From the NCBI GenBank assembly GCA_964016885.1, contig OZ024751.1, forward strand, positions 34,658,001 through 34,722,000: a DNA stretch of 64,000 nucleotides, written 5' to 3'. Each line of letters begins with the position of its first letter. Position 1 is the stretch's first letter. A model generated the notes under the pieces. The model made no database searches. It worked only from the letters and a program-made list of their open reading frames with translations, and was not told where the DNA came from. Position numbers and translations under genes: made by a program. Shown piece by piece: positions 11,227-23,144 of the stretch. This stretch comes from Eledone cirrhosa. Its lineage: Eukaryota.

Positions 11227-13095
11227 GTGTCTAACAATGGCATACCACCCTTGTATGGGCTCCGCAAAGACCACAAGACAGTCGACGACCCGACAACAGG
11301 ACCACCAACAAGACCCGTATGCGGAGCTAATATAGTTAGCAACTACAGGATCACCTACTTCCTCTCAATGGTTATACGCCCCATAATCAAGATGTCCCCA
11401 GATGTATGTGACAGTACAGAGGACCTCCTCAGCAGAATCAGTGAGTGCAACAAAAACAGGAGCCTATCCAACTGCATAATAGGCAGCATGGATGTGGTGT
11501 CACTGTACCCATCCATTAACATTGATTTTGCTGTGAAAAGATGTGTGGAGATGATCATTGAGAGTGAGGTGGAGCTCTGCGACGTCGACACAGACGAACT
11601 GGGCCTCCTACTTAGACTTACCTACGACACTGACTACCTAGACAGCCATGACCTTAGATGTTTCTGCCCTAGTAGACCTATAAGAGGTAGACCCCCCCCC
11701 CCCCCCCCCACCATAACCTCAATGGCAAAAAAGACTCCCATGGGAAGGTGGATTGGGTGGACCAAAGCTATACGGACCCCCCCCCCCCCCAAAAAAAAAA
11801 ACAATGATCAGGTAAGAAAAATGGTCGCACATGCAATATGGGCTAGTATCAAAACTACCTTAAAGGGCCACATATTTAAGTTCAACGAGAAAATCTACAC
11901 CCAAAATGAGGGAGCAGCCATCGGCGTCAGCATAGCTGGTGATGGTGCCAACCTTTTCATGGTATGGTGGGAAAGGAGACTTAAAGATCTCCTTAATGAG
12001 AGCTCCATAGACCTCATCATGTACTCTCGTTATGTAGACGATATCAATATAGTTATAAGAACACCCCCACTAGAGAGCACTAACAAGTTTGATTTAGAAT
12101 GTAGCACGATGGAAAGCATCCAGCAGATAGCTAATTCCATACACCAGAGTATAACTGTAACTATCGACTTCCCTTCCAAACACCCTAACAATAGACTACC
12201 TGTACTAGACACAGAACTCTGGATTAACACTATAGACGAGAGAGCCCAAATTCTCCGCTCACACTATGCTAAACCCATGGCCTCCAAATACCTGATACTC
12301 AAAAACTCAGCAATGTCCAGTAGTGCTAAGTTTAATATTCTGATCGCAAATTTGGTACGAGTGATGAAGAATGTGTCCCGCATGTGCGACCCAACAGAAA
12401 TGGAAAGACACATCCAACACTTCATCAACCGCATGCAGTTCTCTGGCTACAACCAAAGAGACAGAGTCAGAGTATACGAAGGAGCCATGGAAAAGTATAA
12501 GACCCTCATAGAACTGGACATGAAAGGAATTTGCCCATTATACAGGAGCAAATCATGGAATAGCTTAGATAGGGCTAGACATAAGATAGGGAAAGCCACC
12601 TCATGGTACGACAACCAGAGATACCAGAGTGTCATGTTTGTGGACGCCACCCCTGGAGGGAAATTAGCTAACCAGTGTAGAAAGGCCCTGAGAAAGACCC
12701 ACTTAAAAATAAAGGTGGTAGAAAAGCCAGGAACCACCATAAAATCCCTGATCAGCAAAACCTACCCTTTTAAGAAAACCCACTGTACCAATAGGAAATG
12801 TATCATATGTAAGGTGAACCCCCGGATAAACTGTAAGACTAGAAACGTAGTCTATAGCATAAGATGTACAGAGGGTACTTGCAGAAACATGACAACAACA
12901 TACATAGGTGAGACAGCTCGTAGCATAGGTGAAAGGATAGACCAACACTGGGGGGAACTAAAAGGACGAAAAAACGGGTCAGTACTATACGAACATGCTA
13001 GACAACAACATGACGGTAACATAGACAACATAGAAATTAGAATAATATCTAAACATAGAAATGACCTAGGCAAATCAGAGAGGCCAGTGAAATAG
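11227..13095 (+). CDS. Penelope-like reverse transcriptase / GIY-YIG endonuclease (main open frame of a frameshifted ORF spanning ~10971-13181)
   Basis: PPTRPVC, GSMDVVSLYPSI, QNEGAAIG, RYVDD, MQFSGY, FVDATPGG, CxxxxCxxC linker, VVYSIRC..YIGET.R..ER..H. Upstream frame contains PTDKSGR; downstream frame continues RQIREA..I..P.LNRKNEW to TAA at 13179-13181. Confidence 0.92.
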   Translation: MSNNGIPPLYGLRKDHKTVDDPTTGPPTRPVCGANIVSNYRITYFLSMVIRPIIKMSPDVCDSTEDLLSRISECNKNRSLSNCIIGSMDVVSLYPSINIDFAVKRCVEMIIESEVELCDVDTDELGLLLRLTYDTDYLDSHDLRCFCPSRPIRGRPPPPPPTITSMAKKTPMGRWIGWTKAIRTPPPPKKKNNDQVRKMVAHAIWASIKTTLKGHIFKFNEKIYTQNEGAAIGVSIAGDGANLFMVWWERRLKDLLNESSIDLIMYSRYVDDINIVIRTPPLESTNKFDLECSTMESIQQIANSIHQSITVTIDFPSKHPNNRLPVLDTELWINTIDERAQILRSHYAKPMASKYLILKNSAMSSSAKFNILIANLVRVMKNVSRMCDPTEMERHIQHFINRMQFSGYNQRDRVRVYEGAMEKYKTLIELDMKGICPLYRSKSWNSLDRARHKIGKATSWYDNQRYQSVMFVDATPGGKLANQCRKALRKTHLKIKVVEKPGTTIKSLISKTYPFKKTHCTNRKCIICKVNPRINCKTRNVVYSIRCTEGTCRNMTTTYIGETARSIGERIDQHWGELKGRKNGSVLYEHARQQHDGNIDNIEIRIISKHRNDLGKSERPVK

Positions 13096-13404
13096 AAATT
13101 AGAAGACCAAGGCTAAACAGAAAGAATGAATGGAATAACAACAACACCCAAACAAACAACACTGACCTAAGAGAAGTATAAATAAGTAAATAAAATAAAA
13201 TAAATAAATAAATAAATACATACACAAGCACATAAACACACACTAGTCACCCATCACACAGCAAACAAAACACTTTACACACACGCAAACGCATGCGCAA
13301 AGAAGACAAAATAAAATAAACAAACAAGCAAATAAATAAATAAATATATAAACAGACTGAATAAAAATGGTGTAGACATACAACACAACAGGAGGAAAAT
13401 ATAA

Positions 13405-13448
13405 CACCACTGACGATGTTGCAGATGTGCAACGAAAGATTTATGATA
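13405..13448 (+). ncRNA. Minimal type-I hammerhead ribozyme motif in the PLE 3' pLTR
   Basis: CACCA-CUGACGA-U-GUUGCA(GAUG)UGCAAC-GAAA-GAUU-UA-UGAUA. Stem II is a perfect 6 bp; stem III is near-palindromic; stem I is imperfect. Confidence 0.75.
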
Positions 13449-13699
13449 AACTATATATATGTGTTTGTGTCTATATTGTATCTGTATTATTTTTGACCGT
13501 CGGTCAGTCAATGGCAACATTGAGGACCGAGTAAGTTAGATTACCGATATAAAAGACAGCGAGAAGCGAAAACCAACCAAACAGTGAGTGTGTTCTGTTA
13601 TTAATTCTGGCAATATTACACAAATATGACCCTCCCCAAGTATAAGCGATTCTTTGCTTAAACTTTAATCTGTTATTTTAATAAATATATATATATATA

Positions 13700-14243
<544 letters not shown>

Positions 14244-14409
14244 ATTTATTTGTGTGTATATGTCTGTAGAATGGGAATGAGTGAGGGTATCTCAGGTTTC
14301 AAAACACTTTTACTTGCAAACGTCATACATTTACAATATACAATAACTATTTCTTCTAACTGGCTCTGACTCATTTCAAATTCTACGAGCTATTGACACG
14401 CACATACAC

Positions 14410-14589
<180 letters not shown>

Positions 14590-15842
14590 CAGAAAAATAA
14601 AAATAAATATATTTTAGCTAATATTTCGTAATTACGATGTTTGTATTATATTTCACGGCTAGAAATATGCAACAAGATGGGAATATTTAGCAAGAGCTGC
14701 ACATATTATTAATGAGTTGTTGGGTTTGATCTTTAACCTCCTGATAGCACAGGTTTGTGATTAAATTCTGTGAAGTTCCATCCCATTTCTCTCTGTTCCA
14801 GTTTACAATATTTATATTTAAATACCATATGGTAGCATTTGATGTACATTTCGTTGCTATTTCAGGGTTCGAAACGTGTTAAAGTGTATTTTTGATTTTG
14901 ATTTCAGTTCCCTAAATCCTGCTGGAGTTTTAAAGGGCGATATTTCTCCTCATAGCTCAGAAATGTGGAAATAATACAAAGTATTCTATATATTTGACGA
15001 TATGACTTTGTCACTTTACTGAATAATTTCAACTACTTGAATATACAACTTTCTTTTGCCTGTTGCAATTTGATGTCAGATTCTTCAAACGATTGACACC
15101 TGTTAATTATTCATGCAACAAACGCTGTAGGGTGTACTTCCTTGTTTATCACTACACATTCGTACGTTGCCAATATCTGCATAAGGGATGTGGTGCTGGA
15201 GGGGAGCAGATGTCGGCTTTATTTTCCTTTGAAACAACCAGGAGAGTTTCTTCAGCCTTTCGGGGGCATTTTTGTCGATACATTTTATACATAAATTTGC
15301 TTTTATTTTCGATTCTGGTTTAAGAGTTTGTACCGTGCATTGGCTCATTACTTTCAAGTTTCCTGTATAAACGTCTTCTGATGTCACTTGAGACTAAAGT
15401 TAAGACACATATTAGACGATTGTATGATATAGTTTGATGTCTGTAACTGTCATACAGGCATGTGAATTGATATGGCAACATTCAAAGTATACAAATGATT
15501 TCATTCAAAGGAGAAACATGAAAGTTATCAGATGAATGGGAAATACATATTCCGAATAAGTATTCAAAGCATGAATCGCAGACAATATCGGAAAATTGTA
15601 CTTTTTAGTACTAGTGTAAAAAGTAAAATATTTATGAAGTTGAAAAGCTTATGGAGAGTTTATTAAACCGAGAAAGTCAGCGGTAAGTATGTATTAAATA
15701 CAACGAACGTATGAGTCATGTTAAATGTTAAATTACCTCAACATTTAGAAAACTAGAACACACCTATATATACACATACACACACACAATCTCATACACA
15801 ATAACACACAAGCACGTATATATATACATATATATATATATA

Positions 15843-15980
15843 AAGAAGGAATTGTGGTAAGGAACCAGATGGACCATAACGCACGAGAGTACGCAATACT
15901 TAGGGTAGTAGAGTGGGTAATAGGAAAAGGTATGACCCCGATGGCAGAGCTCAAGCCATTTTGGCGGCTATTTCTGGACT
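15843..15980 (-). mobile_element. Single-arm copy of family B element
   Basis: Reverse-complement match to 26058-26192; abuts (TA)n. Confidence 0.85.
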
Positions 15981-15988
15981 AAATTAGA

Positions 15989-16044
<56 letters not shown>

Positions 16045-16285
16045 GCGTGTGTGTGCGTGCGTGCGTGTGTGTGTGTATATTTACATGTACAATGAGTTAA
16101 CCGTCTAATATACGATGTTATATGCGATACTTTGGTAAATTTCCGAAGGCCTATATATATAATATATAATATATATATATATTCTTTAAAGCGATGAAAT
16201 ACCAATGAAGGCTGGAAGATCACTGATGAAGGACTAAATTTATTCATATGTAACCCAATGCAACCACACAGCACGCCATGTTTTC

Positions 16286-16350
<65 letters not shown>

Positions 16351-16390
16351 TATACATACATATAATATATAATATATATATATATATATA

Positions 16391-16830
16391 TTTTGAGTAT
16401 ATGTTGGTTGTATACCAACACCTCAGTATGCAGATTGGAGCACTCGACGAAGTGCGCAGGTTGGTCTGGTTACTCCGGAGTAATGTAAAATAAAATAAAT
16501 AAGTCAAATGTTTAAAATTTGGCTTCGTTTATTACTGCTATATATATTTCGGTGACAGCCATCTTTGGCTGTGACCTCTTCAGGCAGTCCGAATTAGTGT
16601 GGTAGAGACGAGTACACATGTTGTTGGGGTGTTTAACTTTGTCAATACTCTGATATGCCCAGTTCCTGGTTGGGTTGTTATTTCACTGAGGAACTGGAAT
16701 CATATGAATTTAAACAAACGAATTTCAGCGTCAAAGGACCTCTTCTCCTCTCATTGGTCAGTTCTTAGAACATTCCTCAGTCAAAAGTCTATAGAAATTC
16801 GTTCTGAGGCAAGGCAATATGTAGTGGTTG

Positions 16831-16833
<3 letters not shown>
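16391..16833 (-). mobile_element. ~440-bp non-coding unit between (TA)n tracts carrying an intact hammerhead (solo pLTR or retrozyme-like)
   Basis: Complex-sequence island bounded by long TA runs, with no ORF of recognisable homology. Confidence 0.6.
16534..16588 (-). ncRNA. Type-I hammerhead ribozyme, canonical core
   Basis: ACUGC-CUGAAGA-GGUCACAGCC(AAAGAU)GGCUGUCACC-GAAA-UAUAUA-UA-GCAGU. Stem I is a perfect 5 bp, stem II pairs 9 of 10, stem III is palindromic, and the cleavage triplet is AUA. Confidence 0.85.
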
Positions 16834-16926
<93 letters not shown>

Positions 16927-16954
16927 ATATATATATATATAATATATATATATA

Positions 16955-17357
16955 GTAATAATAATAAATTTGAAGACTAAAATCCAAAGAGGGCTCGATT
17001 AAAGTTTAAGCAAAGAATCGCTGCTTTCACCCTTAACGGGATCTTCTGAAACTAACAAAGTCAATCTGTGAACGCAGAAGTGAATATTTAAAAAAACGCT
17101 GCAACCGGAGGAAGACAGGAAGACGATACTTTGGTTCGTGGAAACGTTCCCTGGCAAAGAACGGGAACAAACGAATATAATACGTCATTATTTGGAGCGG
17201 TGAAAAACAATTACACACAAAGACAAAACCACGTTTGCAACGTTTTTTGAAATATTCACTTCTGCGTTCACAGATTGACTTTGCTAGTTTCAGAAGATCC
17301 CGTTAAGGGTGAAAGCAGCGATTCTTTGCTTAAACTTTAGTCTGTTATTTTAATAAA
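16955..17357. mobile_element. Hairpin+tail element, family C
   Basis: 108-bp arms 16997-17104/17235-17342 with a 130-bp spacer. The terminus GTAATAATAATAA.TTTGAAGACTAAAATCCAAAGAGGGCTCGAT is shared with 41002; 17318-17357 is shared with 13646-13686. Confidence 0.8.
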
Positions 17358-17576
17358 TTAATACATATATATAATATATATTTTGTTTGACCCGTTTAGC
17401 TTGTTCGCTTTTTTGGCTAAGCTGGTTAATGGCTTCTTAACCATCGTCTCAGTTTGTATGACCTTTTTAACTTATGTTTATAGCTCTGGTATCTTCATAT
17501 CCATAGAGCGCTTGTCAACACAATTCGGAAGTTGCGTTTCGCTAATTTCTACCCGCCGAAATGCGATTCTCGCTAA

Positions 17577-17701
<125 letters not shown>

Positions 17702-17793
17702 CACCGATGGCATGAAGAATCGTATGAACATCAAAGTAACAAACTGCAAGATATTAATAATCGAAAGTCACCAAAAGAACAATACGCACGAAA

Positions 17794-17856
<63 letters not shown>

Positions 17857-17869
17857 TATATGATGATAT

Positions 17870-18980
17870 ATGATGGACTCTCTCGTCGAAATACAACAGA
17901 GCAGGACCAAGCTGAAATACAGATATTATAGATGAGGATATTGACATTAGAGTTGAGGATATCTTTACTCGTGGACATAAAGATTGAGTGGAACAAACAA
18001 AACAAGAATTTATCAATCAACGCCAAATAAAAACATTAGCAGGAGTGAAAGAGTCTCCTTGCCAAAATTGACAAACTACAATCAGAACAAAAGACACATA
18101 GGAACTGGACAATAGGCTGTTATTGAAAGAGGCTGAATTCAAAGAGGTTGTTTATGTAGCGGAGGGCGGTGTGTTTAGGAAAAAGTGACAAGGATAGAAC
18201 ACTGATAAAAAAAACACACAGGAAGATAAAAATGGAGAGGGAAATTGAAATGATGAGGGGAGAAATATCGATCTTGGATAAAAGATATGCTGGGAAATCT
18301 ATCAAGTCACGAAGAGGAAGGAAAGTGATTAGGAAATACAAATACTTGAAAACCTGATATTCCATCAATCAAAGAAGCCCTGAAACAGAATGTAAAGCTG
18401 AAAGCTCAAAGAATCAGAAGATTTGAAAAGCCAAATAGGTTTTATAGACACAATCAGATGTTTATGTCGGATGTGAAAAGGAACCTCTTTCAATTGATGG
18501 AATTGAAGAATTCTGGAAAACAGTATGGAGTACAGAAAAATCTCATAATGCTATTGGAGAATGGTTAAAGAACATAGAAGAAACATACGATAATTTAGAA
18601 AAGCAGAGCAGGCAAGACATAAATATGCATTAATGAAAACCAATAAATGGAAATCTTTGACATTGATAAAGTACCAAACTTCTTGTTATCTCCTCTACCA
18701 GTTACTCAAGATATGTTGCTAAAATTTTATAACAAAATTATGCACAACCATGAGAAAACACCTGATAGGTTTCTATAAGGTGTAACATATCTCTTGCTAA
18801 AATCGACAGAGACAAATATTCCAAACAATATTGTCCCATATTTCGCTTTTCCACATCAATGTCCTCACCTCAATTATGACTGAGAAATCCTAAAAATTTA
18901 TGAATGAAAAACATATTTTCCCTATCAAACAAAGAGATTGTCACCGTGGGTCTAACGACTGTGAAAACCACCTTCTAATT
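17870..18980 (+). pseudogene. Decayed R4/Dong-like RT N-terminal region
   Basis: Translatable patches LKAQRIRRFEK..FYRHNQMF, EEFWKTVWS, MKTNKWKS, DKVPNF, GVTYLLLK, KQRDCHRGSNDCENHLLI (cf. EQKGC..GS.GCK.QLLI). Many stops and frameshifts. Confidence 0.75.
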
Positions 18981-19135
18981 TCGGCGCAAAGCCACCAGTT
19001 TGAGAAGAAAAATAAACTTGACTGCTACTATAATTTATCGGTCTTCGGTTATGGATGGTTTTGAACATATAACATCAAATATTAGGAATAAATAGCAAAA
19101 TATAACTTGTCTGATGCGCAACTGATTCTTCAACT
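18978..19135 (-). mobile_element. Highly diverged family-1 SINE truncating the RT relic
   Basis: TTTCGGCGCAAAGCCA..TTTATCGGTC..GGATG..TTTGAACATATAAC resembles 31009-31130. Confidence 0.45.
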
Positions 19136-20335
19136 AATTAAATAAACATATCAATATTCATTATTCTTTCATTTTTAAAAGTAAAAATATTTTGTGTTAA
19201 AACAGAAAATTTCTATAAATTTTCGTGTAACAAATATTTTTTCGCTTCTATTTTTCTTTTTATTAATATTTCATTCCAATATATATAAATCAAAATTAAA
19301 AATAATTATTGCAATGTTCACTTTAAATCAAATATAAAATAGTATTAAAGTTATTTTCTATTAAGATATTTAATCCTTGTTTAGAAAAGAAAGAAATATT
19401 TGATATATTTCGTTACACATCAACAGTTTTGCCATGTTTATCATCGTTTCCATTGCTATAAACATTCCAAATAGTTTCTTCTCTTGTAATGTGAGTATCT
19501 TCTTCTTCTCCTCCCCCTTGTACGTTACCCTTATAGTTAGAAATAGCTCTCCGCCATTCTCTGCCTCCGGAGTTCGATATCGTTGTATTTTTTCCCTGTT
19601 GATTTCAGTGATATTCACCTGTTATCGATGTAGTTATTTAACTTCCCACCAACCTTCATACAAAAGCCATCTTTTCAAAGCTAGTCAAGCTATAATTATC
19701 CTTTTATTTTCTCGCTGTATATTGGTTGGTTGCAATTTGAGTAAGAGTTGACTGCTATTTTCAGCAATTAGAGTATCAACATAGAGACTCTAACGTTGAC
19801 TCGTGTGAAATTATATGGATTTACGGTTGCAATTTGAGGGATATCTCTGGCTACTATGTTTAGTAGGTAGTATAGAGGCCTCAAGGTTGTATCAAGGGCG
19901 AATGTTTTTGAGAGATTATTTACGTGACTATGTGAATGTGAGTGTGAGTGTGTGTGTGCCTGTGCGTGAGTGTTTACATGACAAACGTGGGTGTGTATTT
20001 TATACGTATATATATATATGTGCATATGTATGCGTGAGTATGTGCATATGTATGCGTGAGTATGTGTATGTATGTATGTGTATGTCTGTATGTATATATG
20101 TATGTATGTGTGAGTATGTGTATGTCTGTATGTATATATGTATGTATGTGTGTGTCTGTGCGTGCGTGTTTGCATGACAAGGTTGCATGTGTATTTATAT
20201 ATGTGTGTGTGTGTGTGTGAAATCCTTGTGGGAAGATCTTGAACGCTGTATTTCTGATCACATTAAGAGGATTACCTCTGTTGGACATTATGAGATTGAC
20301 ACATTTTTTGCTGTCTAATAAAAAAAAAAAAAAAG

Positions 20336-20670
20336 CACCACCAACACCACCACCATCACCAACACCACCATCACCACCTCGATCACCAACACCACCACCA
20401 CTATCACCACAAAACAAAAGGATCTCCACCGCCACTATCACCACAAACAAAAGGATCTCCACCACCACTTCCACCTCCATCACAACTACCACGGCATCAC
20501 CATCAATACCGTCAATATAATCTGCACCACCACCTCCAAATCCACAAGGACGACCACCGTCACAACCACCATCACCACTCCACCACTACCACCACCACCA
20601 CCACCATCACCACCACCATCATCACCACTACCACCATCGCCGCCACCACCATAATGGTGTGGTGGTGGTG
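20336..20670. repeat. (CAC/CAT)n compound microsatellite
   Basis: Direct inspection. Confidence 0.85.
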
Positions 20671-21080
20671 ACGGCCATAACAAAGGAATGTGTTGACGGG
20701 GATTTTAAATGGATTTCATCTAATGAATATGTTTGTGGGGGGGGGGGGGTATTTATGTGTTACAGTGTGTTAAGGTGTGTAATTTAGGGGTGTTGTGTGT
20801 TAAAGTGTGTAATTATTGTGATTCTGTGAGTGTGTGTATGTTATTCTGTGAGTGTGTGTGTATGTGATGCTGTGTGTGTGCTTGTGTGAGTATATGTGGC
20901 AGTTTTTATGTATGAATATGAGTAAGTATTGGTGTACATGTCACTGTCTAAATGTAGGAATTAAAGTACGCATGCGCAGATATGTATGTGACATGGGAAG
21001 AAACTCCTTTTTACTTTTAATGTTCACTCTCCATCATTTTGCACCTCTCTTCCTACCCCGACTACTACTACTACTAATAC

Positions 21081-21120
<40 letters not shown>

Positions 21121-21942
21121 TTCACACTATAATAATCTTTACATATTGTTGACCTTTAACACAAGTTCAGTCCGGATCAAGCAGACTTTATGATCTTCGG
21201 ATCAAAGGCATCCCTTCTTTTCTATTCAGTAATATTGTCTCTAAGGCTACATTACCCAAATCTCTACTTCATTTTTCAATGGAGAAATTTTAGGGAGATT
21301 CAAGTAACTTTATGATGTTTCTTGCAGGTTTAGCGACAGTGTCATTGTCTAAATGGTGTTTAATGTTGTATTTGATCGCTGCCATTGCTGTCACTATCAA
21401 CTCTTGATGGATTGAAATAAATGGATATTCAACAAACCTTCTCAGAGCTGATGGTGAAAACTAATGATATTTTTATTGGCTTAACTAAAAGATAAAAGAA
21501 GGTCCACAATGACCCTTTCCAGGGACTTGAAATCTAGTGAGAGGAAAGGAAGAGGTGAGTTATTTCTCTGATGGAGATTTGATGTTAGTGGTTGCGGTAG
21601 AGAACTCATTTAAAGTAATCCAGTGGACACGTGGTGGTGTTAAACAGAAATGTATTTGATCCTAACAGTGAGGACCCTAATCAGATTCGACTGGTTATGA
21701 TGATCTTAAAATATAGATCCAATAATTTCAATGAAACTTAATGATCAAACACTTTCCTAAACATCGCGACCGTGTTGCAAGAAAATGGAAAAAATCAACT
21801 TCTAAAATATGTTGTTATATATATTGAGTCCTTCCTATTTTGAGGGTTACTGCCATCGAATATTAAAAGCTACTATACACACACAAACACACACTCACAC
21901 ACAAACACGGTTCCAATTTATAAATATATATATGTATATAGG

Positions 21943-21974
<32 letters not shown>

Positions 21975-22080
21975 CCCACACATATGTATATACAGGCATA
22001 CACATATACACACATACTAACACTCACCACGCATATAACACACACACACAAATAAATAAATAAATGAATATATATATATA

Positions 22081-22273
22081 TCATCATCAAGTCGAACTTG
22101 CTCGGCACTCTGCGACACGTTTCCTCCATCCATCTCTGTCTCTCATAGCTTTTGCCAGTTCTTCCGCAGTGCATCCAGTATCGTCCTCAAGTTGCTTGAC
22201 GTATGTCTTCTTGGGACGACCAGCGTTTCTTGCTCCATGGCGCAGCAAGGAAGAATTAGCAGGTTATGCGTTG

Positions 22274-22276
<3 letters not shown>
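22081..22276 (-). mobile_element. RTE-clade LINE 3' end with (TGA)n tail and 5' inversion
   Basis: The minus strand encodes RHGARNAGRPKKTYVKQLEDDTGCTAEELAKAMRDRDGWRKRV..ST*. Plus strand 22238-22276 encodes WRSKEELAGYALL, which normally lies just upstream. Confidence 0.85.
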
Positions 22277-22328
<52 letters not shown>

Positions 22329-22542
22329 ATGCCAATCATTGTAAGTTTGAACCTGACATGCAAAAACATATATATATATGAATAAGCCCAAATCATAGTA
22401 GATTCAAATATCACAGAGAGAAGGGGAGAGAGGAGGGGATGAGGAGCAACAGAAGTGAAACATGGATTACAGGTTAAAATGTAGTCTAGACAGATGTGAA
22501 ACAAAACGAGGATGTCGTTTATGGAACACCCAAATGATTTAG

Positions 22543-22959
22543 AAGTCGACCTTAAGTAGGAGCAATAACATTAAGAAAGACATGAAGGACACCACATCAT
22601 TTTGTATTGAAAACATTTAAAGTGGGTTTATAAGTCTGAATTTTCATAAGACTTTCGTAGTTGTCTCTGTGGCCTAGCAGTAGGTACTACAGACGGTGAC
22701 GATCCTGGTCTTGGGTTCAATCCTGGTCAAGAGGTACATGTAACCTTTTTTCAGTTTATTTTACAACCAATAGAAAAAACTGACCAGGATCGAACTTCAG
22801 ACCAAGATCACCACCGTCTATGATTCCCCCAACTAGGCCACCGAGACAGCTACAAAAGTATAATTAAAATTAATATATATAAACCTACTTTCAAAGTTTA
22901 AAAGACGTGGTGATGTTCATGGCTTTCCTAGAGTTATCAGTAATATTTAGAGTCGACTT
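22543..22959. mobile_element. Diverged fold-back element with two convergent tRNA-like Pol III heads
   Basis: Arms ~22543-22729/22781-22959 with AAGTCGAC/GTCGACTT ends. A box TGGCCTAG, B boxes GGTTCAATCC and GTTCGATCC, each followed by a T6 run. Confidence 0.7.
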
Positions 22960-23040
22960 GTCAATCCTGTGCCTCATTGATAACAACCTTAGTATTCCTA
23001 TGTCTGTTTAACTGTTGAATTAATTTGATTATTTTAACAA

Positions 23041-23072
<32 letters not shown>

Positions 23073-23085
23073 GTACTCCCATATG

Positions 23086-23144
<59 letters not shown>

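Larger units (their letters stand above)
10801..13645 (+). mobile_element. Penelope-like retroelement, 5'-truncated, with inverted pseudo-LTR at the 5' end
   Basis: RT + GIY-YIG ORF; 125-bp inverted repeat 10846-10970/13521-13645; hammerhead motif in the 3' pLTR; left end abuts (TA)n. Confidence 0.93.

Noticed and set aside
13182-13400. SECIS element / selenoprotein as in some Naiad PLEs
   Set aside because: No in-frame TGA in the visible ORF and no SECIS-like stem in the A/C-rich 3'UTR.
15063-15387. Overlapping 86-aa and 94-aa ORFs in complex sequence
   Set aside because: No recognisable motif, splice context or homolog in the window.
22663-22735. Functional tRNA gene
   Set aside because: A and B boxes are present, but no convincing cloverleaf or anticodon arm could be built.
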